Program-made: the position numbers and the translations under genes
Assembly: GCA_964016885.1 (NCBI GenBank)
Contig: OZ024756.1
Coordinates: 2,170,001 to 2,234,000 of the forward strand
Source: Eledone cirrhosa
Lineage: Eukaryota
Direction: 5' to 3'
Length of the DNA: 64,000 nucleotides
Notes under the pieces: model-generated
What the model was told of the DNA's origin: nothing
Seen by the model: the letters and a program-made list of their open reading frames with translations, nothing else
Databases searched by the model: none
Part shown: in pieces, positions 13,769 through 26,486 of the stretch
How the letters are laid out: every line of letters begins with the position of its first letter
Numbering within the stretch: the stretch's first letter is position 1

Positions 13769-14232
13769 AGGGCGGTGAATTGGCAGTATCGGTAGAGGGT
13801 TGGACGCCATGCTTTCTAGCATAGTTACGTCCCTTTACAGTCTGAGTTCAAATCCCGCCGAGGTTAACTTTGCCTTTCATCCTTACGCAGTCGATAAAAT
13901 AAAGTACCAGTAATGTACTGGGTAATTTGCTGGCCTTGTGCCTGAAGTAGAAACAATTATTATGGAGAGAGAGTCGGACGCCATGCTTTGACGCAAAGAA
14001 TTACGTCCCTTTACGATCTGAGTTCAAATCCCGCCGAGGTTAACTTTGCCTTTCATCCTTCCGGGGTCGATAAAATAAAGTACCAGTAATATACTAAGTA
14101 ATTGCTGGCCTTGTGCCAAAAGTAGAAACAATTATTATGGACTTTCATCCTTACAGGGTCGATAAAATAAAGTACCATTAATGCACTGGGGTAATTGCTG
14201 GCCTTGTGCTAAATTTAGAAACAATTATTATG
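13769..14232 (+). mobile_element. Head-to-tail cluster of three SINE copies (full, 5'-truncated, 3'-only)
   Basis: A-box-like TGGCAGTATCGG and B-box GTTCAAATCC. The central domain and tail GGCCTTGTGC...AGAAACAATTATTATGG occur three times. Confidence 0.88.
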
Positions 14233-14414
14233 GACCCCTACAATACGGGTGACGTATTGTTATACAGCGTTTCTAGGGTATTTTAAAACCTGTCGGGGCC
14301 CATCTCTCCAAATCTGAATACAGCAGATTTCTTCCAGAGAAGGAGAGAGAGAGAGAGAGAGAGAGAGAGTGTGTGTGTGTGTGAGAGAATGGAAGTGAAA
14401 AAGAGATATAGAAG

Positions 14415-14860
14415 AAGAATCGACACCAGTACTTGACTGCTACTTTTATTATCGGCCTCGAAAGGATGAAAGGAAAAGTCAACCTCGGCAGTATTTGATT
14501 TCAGAGATCAGATAGCCAGAACGAATACCGCAAAGCACTTTATCCGACGTTCTACCGATTCTACCAAGCCACAGCTTTACATCATAATATAATAAAGGGA
14601 GAAGTGCCGGATTGTGTCCTCAATATATTTTTTATCCCGTTAGTAAAATAAGTTAAATTACTTTGAATAAATAATTGTTTCTACTTTTGGCACAAGGCCA
14701 GCAATTACCCAGTGTATTACTGGTACTTTATTTTATCGACCCCGTAAAGATGAAAGGCAAAGTCAACCTCGGCGGGATTTGAACTCAGATCGTAAAGGGA
14801 CGTAACTATGCTGGAAAGCATGGCGTCCGACCCTCTACCGATACTGCCAATCCACCGTCC
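14415..14860 (-). mobile_element. Two SINE copies (diverged ~14415-14575, younger ~14671-14860)
   Basis: Reverse complement of the same family. Confidence 0.82.
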
Positions 14861-15907
14861 TAATTACTTTGAATAAATAATGAATGAATATTACATAATT
14901 TATCTACTAAATTTCGTAGCTGTTGATTCAACATAAATATTCTTATTTATAAAGTATTGCTTATTTACAGATTCACTTCTTTTAGAATGTTCAAATGTCT
15001 ACACTTCCGGTTAGCATCAATTATATCATAACACATATTACATCGCTTATGTAAACATTCATATATTTGCATCTTTATATTTCATTACATTTCACCGTAA
15101 TGCAGTTTATATATAATATCGTATTTTTTAAATGTATCATGGATTACTTTACTGATTACAGAAGACAGTGTAACACAGTCTTCGTTCAATTTCTGTGTAT
15201 ATTGTCAATTACGATTTCATTTGATGTATCATATCTACATACATATATATTTGCGTATAATATCAATATACACACTACACATGCTAGCAGAAAACCACCC
15301 GAAGGGTAGTTTTTCTGCTAGTATAAATGAAATACAACAAAAGAAATCGAATAAGTTTAACAAATGACTAAAATTACTAAAATCGAATATCTTACTCATA
15401 TCGAATTTGATGATAAACAAAACTTTCCGATCGCGTAAGTATAAATAGAATAAAATAAAACGAGAAAAAATATCTGCTATCATTACCGCCACCACATCAC
15501 AGTCCTTGCCTTGTTATCTTTATCTTTCTTTATCCCCCACATACACACATTTACCATCACATTTCTACATATTGACAGACGTTTTACACGACGAATACAC
15601 CAGCATTAATATGACAAATATGATGTTGTTTGCCTGTGTCCTTCATTCAGTATTTATTATTGTGTAGCTTTCACTTCAATATGTAACATTATAATATATT
15701 CAACTGTATTGGGTACTCTAACAAACTTTTGTACTGTATAACACTGTGGTGGCTTTTGAGAAATACACACAAAAACACACATATATATATACACATATAC
15801 ACACATATATATATACAACATATATATATATAAATGTATGTATAATATATACAAATATATTCACACACACACATATATATATGTATATATATATATATAT
15901 ATACACA

Positions 15908-15940
<33 letters not shown>

Positions 15941-15972
15941 TCACACGCACACACACACACATATATATATAT

Positions 15973-16013
<41 letters not shown>

Positions 16014-16040
16014 AACATACACACACACACACGCACATAT

Positions 16041-16089
<49 letters not shown>

Positions 16090-16416
16090 GCTTGATATCT
16101 ATTAGACTACCACATCGAATGTACTGAACAGATCGGCCATAGAGATCTCAGATTTCATACAAGATTTGTATATTTTGAGAGAGGTTAGCTGTGGAACAGT
16201 CTGGAAACAAACACATCACTCAACAGTTCGGGCAACTTAGAATGGAACCTCCTGATTTCACTGATAAATCACTTTATTGTGTGTTGACCCATACATAGAC
16301 ACACCTACCTACACCCATATATAGACAAATATATGAATATATATAGTATATATATATATATATATGCACATACATTTAGGTTATATAAATACAATATATA
16401 TATATATATATATATA

Positions 16417-16476
<60 letters not shown>

Positions 16477-16703
16477 GGTGTGTACGTGTGTGTGTGTATG
16501 TGTGTGCGTGTGTGTGTGTGAGAGAGTGTATATTTCTGTAGATAAATGTGATGGTATATGAAGAAGAAAAAAAAATCATATGTACACATATCCATATGTG
16601 CCTCGATGTATGTATACAAAATACATTATATACATATATATATATATACACACATATATATATACACACATATATATATATATACAAATATATATAAATA
16701 TAT

Positions 16704-16758
<55 letters not shown>

Positions 16759-16789
16759 TATATATATACACACACATATATATATATAT

Positions 16790-16836
<47 letters not shown>

Positions 16837-17378
16837 CATATCTCTCTCTATATATATATATGTGTGTGTAAGCATTAAATACGAAGATATTTAAAAATAC
16901 TATTATAAAAACTATATAAATTAGTAGCAAATAATTCTTCATACATCTTCACCTCCCGCCCCCATACACACACCCCACACGCACACAGACAGGGCATCAC
17001 CCCCCCCCCCACACACACACCCCACACGCATACACACAGAGCATCATATACACACTTACACAGAACGTCACATATGCAGATGATACCGCTAGAATGTCAT
17101 GTACACACATATGTACGGCAGCCATATTGGATGTATTTAGCTTATCTGAGCAATGTTCATCCATTCTATAGAGCCTGTGTGTATTGTATTCTGAGCTAGA
17201 GATCACGTGGTTGTGTTGCCTGCCATTTGGTACAGAAAAGTTCACAGAGTGTCACAAACTTACCGCAATTCCCTTGTTTAAGTCATCGCTATCTACTTAT
17301 GTTCTTGTTTGTGTGTATGTTCTCGTGTGTGTGTGTGTGTGCATGTGTGTGTGTATGTGTGTGTGACTTTGGGGGCAG

Positions 17379-17414
<36 letters not shown>

Positions 17415-17469
17415 ATATATATATGTATATACTTCTATATCTATCTATTTCTCCATCTATAGATAGTTC

Positions 17470-17531
<62 letters not shown>

Positions 17532-17590
17532 TACAAACACACATACACACACACAATTACATATATAAATATATATATATACGTGTGTGT

Positions 17591-17647
<57 letters not shown>

Positions 17648-17859
17648 GGTGTATATATATGTGTGTGTGTCTGTCTGTTTGTTTGTATTACGTGTATCCT
17701 CCTCAAATGTTGGTCTCCTCATATGCGGGAGGTCCTTAATATCAGAACTGAAACTGACATTCCTCCGTTGACCACATATATTACTTTACAGCCCCAACCC
17801 TTCTTCTTAATGCTGTGTATTGCTGATAGATCACACCACCGTAACTCTGAAGTGCTATG

Positions 17860-17975
17860 GAGAAGGAGAGGGCTCAATGGCTGCGATCTTCCCCTCAAAG
17901 TCTTAACAGCATGAGTTCGATTCCCGGTGGCGTATTCTCTGTCTTCCAGGAAGACATGTTATTTCACAAGACATT
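17860..17975 (+). mobile_element. Second tRNA-derived SINE family, diverged head
   Basis: GGCTCAATGG...GAGTTCGATTCCCGG...AAGACA..TTATTTCAC. Related to ~31330-31500 (-), ~48755-48850 (-), ~50165-50460 and ~58165-58390. Confidence 0.6.
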
Positions 17976-18271
17976 TGAGGTAGGGATCAATATGGTTTTA
18001 TTGGAATACATAAGAGAGGTATATGACACACGAACAACCACACGTGCACAAGCACACACAGACACACAAACACACACCCATGTGTGGGTACGTATGCATT
18101 TATATATACAAACACACAAATATATATATATAAATCATACACAAAACGCCAGCATCAACAGTTTTCCAAGAGGTGTTAATATGAATGGACCTGTTATTTT
18201 TTTTATCTAAAGACCTTTTTTTTTCAATTCCATCCCGCCCGTCCCTGCAATCTATTTTATATTTCATTCTT

Positions 18272-18306
18272 TCTTCTGATGAAGGACTAGTGTCCGAAAT
18301 GTTAAG
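18272..18306 (+). ncRNA. Minimal type I hammerhead motif (PLE-type)
   Basis: TCTT-CTGATGA-a-GGAC tagt GTCC-GAAA-tg-TT-AAGA. A degenerate relative (GTGATGA) lies on the minus strand at ~50830-50865. Confidence 0.7.
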
Positions 18307-18387
18307 ACCCTCTTGCAGCTATTTCAAGCGTTAACCTAATATATTCCTTCCATATACTGTACCGATGTGTTGTTATTTCTGTTTACC

Positions 18388-18466
<79 letters not shown>

Positions 18467-18754
18467 TTTCTCGAAGATCGAGTTGAAGCGCGAACGTATT
18501 CTCTGTCCTTGAGGAAGACATTTTATGTCTCGGAATTGACTATAAAGTTTGGAATATTCAACATTACATTATTTAATATGTTCTTAAACTAGGACTACTC
18601 AATGAAATATGAAGTCACTCCTGTCAAGAAGATTTCATTGATAAGAGTCATAGAGACGTCACTTCCGCCTGGCAGTCCAGTAAAATAAATATGATCATTT
18701 ACTACAGAAATAGTGGCTGTTGCAGTCCGGGAGAATGGTTTTGTCGTCTTGTCC

Positions 18755-18965
18755 AGAGGGTCTGACGCCATATTTTGCAGCAGAGAGTTACCGTCCTTTA
18801 TGGTCTGAGTTCAAATACCACCGAGGTTAACTTTGCCTAACATCCTTTCGGAGTCGATAAAATAAAGTACCAGTAATGCACCGTGGGGGGAGGGGGCGGT
18901 CGATTTAATCGATTTCCCCTCCTCCAAAATTACTGGCCTTGTGCCTATAGTGGAAATCATTATAT
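18755..18965 (+). mobile_element. tRNA-derived SINE
   Basis: Same family as 6955-7125. Confidence 0.8.
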
Positions 18966-18997
18966 TCTTGTGTGGGAACCTATTTCAATCTACAAAA

Positions 18998-19942
18998 CTT
19001 TAGAGTTATATTTTAAGGTTCTGTATTATATTTTAAGGTTCTGTATTATATTTTAAGGTTCTATATTATAATTTACGGGTCTGTATTATATTTTAAGGTT
19101 CTATATTATATTTTAAGACTATATATTATATTTTAAGGTTCTGTATTATAATTTAAGGGTCTGTATTATATTTTAAGGTTCTATATTATATTTTAAGGGT
19201 CTGTATTATATTTTAAGACTCTGTATTATATTTTAAGGTTATATATTATATTTTAAGGCTATATATTATATTTTAGGGCTATATATGTTGGACATGGCAG
19301 TGATAATGAGGGACAGGGACCGCTGGAGAGAACTCGTCCATGGATCTCGGGAATTTTACTCGCCTTAGATAGATTATATTTTAAGGCTATATATTATATT
19401 TTAGGGCTATATATTATATTTTAGGGCTATATATGATATTTTAAGGTTATATATTATATTTTAAGGCTATATATTATATTTTAAGGTTCTATATTATATT
19501 TTAAGGTTCTATATTATATTTTAAGGTTATATATTATATTTTAGGGCTATATATGATATTTTAAGGTTATATATTATATTTTAAGGCTATATATGATATT
19601 TTAAGGTTATATATTATATTTTAAGGCTATATATTATATTTTAAGGTTCTATATTATATTTTAAGGTTCTATATTATATTTTAAGGTTATATATTATATT
19701 TTAAGGCTATATATTATATCTTAATGTTATATTTTATTTCTTAAGGGTATATATTATTTCTTAAGTTTATATACTATATCTTAAGGTTATATATTATATC
19801 TTAAGGTTATATATTATATCTTAAGGTTATATATTATATTTTAAGGTTATATATTATATCTTAAGGTTATATATTATATCTTACGGTTATATATTATATT
19901 TTAAGGTTATATATATATTTTAAGGCTATATATTATATTTTT
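18998..19942. repeat. 20-bp minisatellite (TTAAGGTTMTRTATTATATT)n
   Basis: Seen directly. Interrupted at ~19287-19372. Confidence 0.95.
19287..19372 (+). mobile_element. Short LINE (RTE-like) 3' fragment inserted in the minisatellite
   Basis: Reads LDMAVIMRDRDRWRELVHGSR, resembling the M.DR..WR..V terminus of RTE ORFs. Ends TAGATAGAT. Confidence 0.55.
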
Positions 19943-19974
19943 ACTGCAATTATTTGTATGAGCGATTCATTTCA

Positions 19975-20257
19975 ACATTTCAGGGTCGATAGAATAAAGT
20001 ACCAGTAACGCATTGAGGTCAATTTAATCGACTTCCCCGTCCCTATTTATGTGAGTGGTCGTATCAGCAAAGCTTTGGACGCACTGTTTTTCGGCATAGA
20101 CTTACGGCCCTTTACGTTCTAAGTTCAAATCCTGTCGAGGTTAGCTTTGTCTTTCATAATTTCGGGATCGATAAATAAAGAACCACTAATGCACTGGGGT
20201 CGATGAAATCAAATTTCCCCTCCCGAAAATCGTTTGCCTAGTGTCTAAATCAGAAAG
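19975..20257 (+). mobile_element. SINE fragments
   Basis: GGGTCGATA.AATAAAGTACCAG domain twice, plus B-box GTTCAAATCC. Confidence 0.75.
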
Positions 20258-20430
20258 GCATATGACATACGAACATGCTCAAGCACGCGCAGCCACACTA
20301 ACACACACACATATGTGTGGGTCCGCATGTATTTACACACACACCCATATATATATATATATAAACAAAGTTTTCTCGAAGATCGATTTGAAGCGTGAGT
20401 GTATTATATAATATTTATATACACACACAG

Positions 20431-20492
<62 letters not shown>

Positions 20493-21270
20493 AATTCTCT
20501 GAATTTCCAATCTTTTGATAAGCGAAACCCTCGGTCACAGAACTAGAACAGGTGAATATTTAAATCGTATTTTAATTTATTTAAAAGATTGTTTAATGTT
20601 TGCTTGTTCCGCTCATTTTCATTTATATATATATATGTGTAATCAATAAGAAAGATGGTTTTATTCGTACATTTCTATTTTAATCGTTATACATATTTCG
20701 TAGATGTAAGATTGTTATATAATAACTGCCTTACACGTTCTCTTCAGACAAACATACACACGAGATGTAACATTCCATTAATATGTTACCAGTCAGACGT
20801 GTTATTCACCTCACCGCCCAATACACATATATCTTACATCCTCGAAATACGTATAATGAATAAAATGAGGATGTACGAATAATTCTCTTGCTTATTATAA
20901 TAAAACTCCGGATGAACAAAAACCGTGGAGTGTTCACGTCTGTTAAAGAACGCGTCGGCAGATTTTTAATCAATCAACTTTCTTCAACTAACAGAGAAAG
21001 AAGGTCAAACACGGACAGAAATATGAACTCTCCTCTCTATATATGTATGTAAAAACTAATAATTTTTCTTCCACTTTTGATTATTTGTATAAATGTGCAA
21101 CATAACTATATTATGCGTATCCGCAGTTGAAAAAGCATATAATGCTGAAACCGGCACCTTTATTAAATGTGGAAATATCCACTTTATAAATAAATGTTTT
21201 GATATTATACTGAAAGAATCTCTTCAGCATTTTCTACTGAAAAAAAATATTTTTCCCTTCTACTATTTGC

Positions 21271-21331
<61 letters not shown>

Positions 21332-21454
21332 AATATATAACGAAGGAAGTGTGGTAAGGAACCAGATGGACCATAACGCACCAGAATACTCAGTATTTAG
21401 AGTAGTAGAGTGGGTAATAGGAAAACATTTAACCCCGATGGCAGAGAATTTTCC

Positions 21455-21485
<31 letters not shown>

Positions 21486-21629
21486 ATATATATACATATA
21501 CATATATAAAATTTGGTGAGATTAACAGAAAAAAGCGTGCAGTGTTTACTCACAGACAACTGAATGGTTGAAATACTGAAATAAATTAAAACCAGATTCT
21601 GTTTACCTCTAACTGTGTGTCCCAGGTTG

Positions 21630-21799
21630 TGCAGCATACAGTTATGGCCCTTTACCGTCTGAGTTCAAATCCCGACGAGGCTAACTTTGCCTTTCATCCT
21701 TACGGGGTCGATAAAATAAACACCAGTAACACACTGGGGTCAATTTAATCGACTTTCCCCTCCCCATAATATTACTGGCCTTGTGCCTATACTAGAAAC

Positions 21800-21838
<39 letters not shown>
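21630..21838 (+). mobile_element. SINE with expanded (ATT)n tail
   Basis: Same family as 6955-7125. Confidence 0.82.
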
Positions 21839-21839
<1 letters not shown>

Positions 21840-22442
21840 GTTCTTTGAGTCCCGGTCATTGATGTTAGTTAACTGGAAAGTTTGTTGAAATGAATATCAA
21901 GCCGCTACCTGCAGCCTCAGATATTCAGGACGTATCGGAGGGTTCTTGCTGTTCCCAGCAAGCATGCCTTTTGAAGCGTTCCAAACAGCGGGGCGGGGCC
22001 GATTTTCTTTAACCATCCCTGGAAACTTTTTGAGATAGTACCTAGTGCGCCTATGACAATCAGGACCACTTTGACTTCATGGCAGTTCCAAATCCTTTTT
22101 ACCTCCCACTTTAAGTCCTGGTATCGGTTAAATTTCTCCCTCTCTTTCACTTGCACTCTCGTGTCGAATGGGCAGGCCACATCCACAATCAGGCACAATC
22201 TTTTTTCCCTGTCCAAAACCACCAGGTCAGGTCTATTGTGTTCCAGGTTCTTGTCCGTCTGTATCCTAAAATCCCATAGCACCTTCACCTGATCGTTTTC
22301 TATCACCGACTCTGGCTTATGCTCATACCACTCTCAGAATGTGGTAAATTGTTTACTTTGCATAGGTGCCAGTGGATCACCCAGCCCATCACATCATGTC
22401 TCCAGCCTTTATAGTGAGTCTGGGCTAGGTGTTTACACTCGG
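21839..22442 (-). pseudogene. R4/Dong-like non-LTR retrotransposon 3' fragment (restriction-like endonuclease)
   Basis: SECKHLAQTHYK.WRHD, then LWDFRIQTD..HNRPDLVVLD..CLIVDVACPFD..EKFNRYQDL..IGALG..LQKACLLGTARTLR. (ATT)n on both sides. Confidence 0.9.
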
Positions 22443-22494
22443 ATATTATTATTATTATTATTATTATTACTATTATAGGCTGTGACATCTCTGG

Positions 22495-22965
22495 TGCTTC
22501 CATGACGGTGAACAGGTGTGTTGCCGTTTGCCAGACACGCTTTTCCCCAGCTCGTCTTCTTGGCGGAGTTGCAGTTCTGGATCAGAAAAAGACAGAGGGA
22601 TAGCGCTTGGAAGCTGGAATGACTCCAAGCGCTCACCGCCCTCTACCAGCTGGGCACTGATATCGGTGGAAGATCCACCTTGGCGTTCTATAGAGGGCTA
22701 GTGGAGGAGAAGAGCGACGACGTTCTCGGGGAGACCCTGGGCGGCGAAGACGATCAGCTGTTTGCTCTCTTCAAGAGAACTTTCAGCCCGGGACCTATGG
22801 ACAATTTAGAGAAATCCCTGGCCTAGCAGTGCTACCGGGGATCGTTGCCGGTTAGGGATAAGCTCTACAGGCACGGAGGTGCTGTCAGCCGAGCCTGTCC
22901 GAGATGCGCGCAAGACGACGAAACCGTCCTGCACGCACTCGCTCAGTGCCTGACAATTGCTGACT
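22495..22965 (+). pseudogene. L1/Tx1 ORF2 internal fragment (zf-RVT region)
   Basis: LPVRDKLYRHG...CPRCAQDDETVLHAL.QC, homologous to 59864-60700. Confidence 0.85.
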
Positions 22966-23514
22966 TTCTCCTCCCCTTCAAATGTGCTGGCCTTGTAGAA
23001 ACAATTATTATTATCATTGATGGGGTGGAGCTGGTAGTGGTGGTATGGTGGTGTTAGCAATGTTCTTGTTGTGTTGGTGGCGGGTGGTATTGGTATATTT
23101 GTGATGACGGCATGGTGTTTATAGCAATGTTGTAGTGGTGATGGTTATGGTATTGCTAGTGCTGCTGGAAGGAGTGGTGGTGGTGGTGGTGGTAGTGGCG
23201 GTGGTGGTGGTAGTGGTGGTGGTGGTAGTGGTGGTGGCGGTGTTGGTGGTGGTGGTAGTAGTGGTGGCGGTGGTGGTGGTAGTAGTGGTGGTGGTGCTGG
23301 TGGTGGTAGTGGTGTTGACGTTTTTATTGTTGTGTGAACTAATGTTATCCCGAGCAAGATGTTAATCTCACCAATATCTCGCCTGGTTCAGTAAGTACTT
23401 TCTCCTTTATATATATATTAGAAAATAGAATAGCTTTCACCGTATTTTTGACTAAAGAAATTTTAGCCTGATAATGGGGTTTAGAACCCTCAGATAAATG
23501 GAAAAGATCAGCAT

Positions 23515-23585
23515 TGACGTACATGGGAGTCGAACCCACATCTTTGGTTATCCAGACCACTCTGCTACCATTACACCAACACATC
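23515..23585 (-). pseudogene. tRNA-like cloverleaf (pseudo-tRNA or SINE head)
   Basis: GATGTGT-TG-GTGTAATGGTAGCAG-A-GTGGT CTGGATA ACCAA-AGAT-GTGGG TTCGACT CCCAT-GTACGTC-A. A and B boxes intact, several stem mismatches. Confidence 0.7.
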
Positions 23586-23607
23586 ACCCATAAAACATAC
23601 TTACTTG

Positions 23608-23741
<134 letters not shown>

Positions 23742-23806
23742 CGTAAAATAAGAAAATATTTTTTAAAAAATTTAAAAAAATTTTTTTTTTACTTACTTAA
23801 ATTTTC

Positions 23807-23888
23807 ACTCCAACTAATTAGTTTCTGCAATGGGATAAAGACAGTTACATAATCCAACTGTCGAGAATTCATTGCGTCATCAGGGAGT
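23807..23888 (-). ncRNA. Type I hammerhead ribozyme
   Basis: ACTCC-CTGATGA-cGCAATG...GACAGTT/AACTGTC...CATTGCa-GAAA-ctaattag-TT-GGAGT. Confidence 0.88.
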
Positions 23889-24359
23889 CTATTCTCAGCT
23901 GAGCCTCCAGGCAATGCGCGGACACTGGCGGCTCATATAAAAATAATAATTCGGTAGAAAGAACAGCTAGGCGAGGACTGGATTCTATGTACTGAAATTC
24001 TCACTGCTTCCAGTCAAATGGCCGATTCTAAAGAATCAATCACGTGACATAGAGGCCAGTTAGAAGGAATGGGATGGTAAGATGACTGACGCCTACTAAC
24101 ACCCCAAAAAAAATTTTGAAGTGGTTTTGGCAGGTTTGCTCGACAAATCAGTGATTTGGAGATAAATATAGATAATTTAATATATCAACTAACATAGGCG
24201 CACAGATGCACGTCCATGCCAGCAAATACACAGGTTATGTCATAGTACCTAGGTGGTTCAATGCAGGAGGGTGCAGAACAATAATATAAAAGACGTAAAA
24301 TAAGAAAATATTTTTTAAAAAATTTTAAAAAATTTTTTTACTTACTTACTTAAATTTTC

Positions 24360-24441
24360 ACTCCAACTAATTAGTTTCTGCAATGGGATAAAGACAGTTA
24401 CATAATCCAACTGTCGAGAATTCATTGCGTCATCAGGGAGT
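24360..24441 (-). ncRNA. Type I hammerhead ribozyme (second copy)
   Basis: Same sequence as 23807-23888. Confidence 0.88.
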
Positions 24442-24644
24442 CTATTCTCAGCTGAGCCTCCAGGCAATGCGCGGACACTGGCGGCTCATATAAAAATAAT
24501 AATTCGGTAGAAAGAACAGCTAGGCGAGGACTGGATTCTATGTACTGAAATTCTCACTGCTTCCAGTCAAATGGCCGATTCTAAAGAATCAATCACGTGA
24601 CATAGAGGCCAGTTAGAAGGAATGGGATGGTAAGATGACTGACG

Positions 24645-24740
<96 letters not shown>

Positions 24741-25507
24741 TTGAAATGGAATGAAACGAAATTTCATTTCTCACTCTTAACACGGCACTTACTTAAATGT
24801 AAGTATGTATGTATACGTACATACATATATGTATACAGACGTACAGTAGTATACATACATATATATATATATACATACAGGTACGTTAATATTAATTAAG
24901 AACCGACTGGATACCGTTTATAGCTTGACTATAGGCTGAACCACTGCGAATTATACGATAGACGCGTGTTCTCTATATATATATTGCGTCTCATGGATTA
25001 TGTGAGTGGTGGTGTGAGCAAGGACAGTGGTACGACCTTGCCTACGATACAATAAGGTTTATAGTATGTTGAAGGTTTTTGATATTTTGGTGTTTCCCTG
25101 CATCCGAGACTGTATATCATACAGATGTATGAGAATTAATGACTTAATAATTCAGCCTATATTAAAAGATCGATTGCCTGCTTCAACTGCATGACCCTGC
25201 AAATATCATTCTGACGCACTCTAATCATGTATAGATAAGACAAGCGTGCATGCTACACGGGAGATTGCTTCATGCACTGACTACTCTAAGCTTTCCTCTT
25301 GCTTTATCTTCATAGACTGCCAACGCTTCATGTTTATCTTTATTTTCACTCTTGCTTTTATTTTATTTTATTTTTATCATGTAACACTTTATATGTAAAT
25401 TGCCATGCTATTTCATTTGATGAATGTCACCCCACTGTTGATCAATATGCGCATATGTTTTATGTGTCTCTTGGGTTGAAAAGGAGGTCAAGTATGTTAT
25501 AAATAAC

Positions 25508-25554
25508 TGCTCCGAAGAATCCAAACCTCGGTTTGGAGGAAACAATTGTAAGCA
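25508..25554 (+). ncRNA. Type I hammerhead variant (CCGAAGA core)
   Basis: TGCT-CCGAAGA-a-TCCAAAC ctcg GTTTGGA-g-GAAA-caattg-TA-AGCA, then AATAAA. Confidence 0.75.
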
Positions 25555-25799
25555 AATAAATGACTTAAACTGAACTTTGATTACTGTAATCTCTATATAT
25601 ATATATATGTATACTTACATATACACACACACACACACATATATGTATATATATATGTGTCTGTGTGTGTGTGTGTGTATGTGTGTGGATGAGATGTTAC
25701 TAGTTAAAACCAGTGAGACCATTATTCAACTTAGTACTCAATACTTAAGTACAGTAGAGGTTATTTTATGAGGATTCTTTGGCCCACGCTTAAGCTTAT

Positions 25800-26443
25800 A
25801 AATTTTTCTTTTGCAATATATATACAGATGTGTTGGTATCTGTGTTTCATCACTTACATATTAATTTATACACTGCTCAGGGGATATTTTCCTCATTCGA
25901 GCTGATTCCATTGTAAAAGAATTCATTACCTTATTAATTTTAACTGCTCCTAGTTTGAGCTGCAAACCGCCTCATATATACGACTGTTAGTTCTAGCAGT
26001 ACGGTTATGAGACTAGTTAGATACTGTAAAGCCATGTGCGTCACGCAGTCTTTTAAATTATTTAGAAGTGAAGCATATCTATTTGTCTCTGGATGTTTAC
26101 TGAGGAGAGCGGGACATGATATTCCTACACTTATTTAACTCGAAACATATTTGGATCTTAAAGTCTAAACTTATCTACGGAACAGGTTTGATTTTGAAAT
26201 TTAAATGTGTCTAAACATCACGGCCTTTTGCCAATACAGTTCGTCTCCGTTGATTTATTATTTTAAATCGATATGGACAAACTGTAGTATAATAATTAGT
26301 ATACTTCAATCTGGCTAAATTTTTCTTTTGCAATATATATACAGATGTGTTGGTATCTGTGTTTCATCACTTACATATTAATTTATACACTGCTCAGGGG
26401 ATATTTTCCTCATTCGAGCTGATTCCATTGTAAAATAATTCAT

Positions 26444-26450
<7 letters not shown>
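25800..26450 (+). mobile_element. Terminally redundant ~518-bp-unit element with a hammerhead
   Basis: 25800-25933 is repeated at 26318-26450, ending in (TA)n. HHR at 26095-26170. 26172-26280 resembles 3574-3680, downstream of the PLE ORF. Confidence 0.75.
26095..26170 (+). ncRNA. Type I hammerhead motif with GUC site
   Basis: GTTTA-CTGAGGA-GAG...CTC-GAAAC...GTC-TAAAC. Confidence 0.65.

Positions 26451-26486
<36 letters not shown>

Noticed and set aside
13769-13860. SINE heads as tRNA genes
   Set aside because: No full cloverleaf, and each is followed by the SINE body and tail.
18495-18545. Hammerhead-like TTGAGGA-AGACAT/ATGTCT-GGAA
   Set aside because: Better explained as the SINE segment GTCCTTGAGCAAGACA. 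The core and stem I do not fit.
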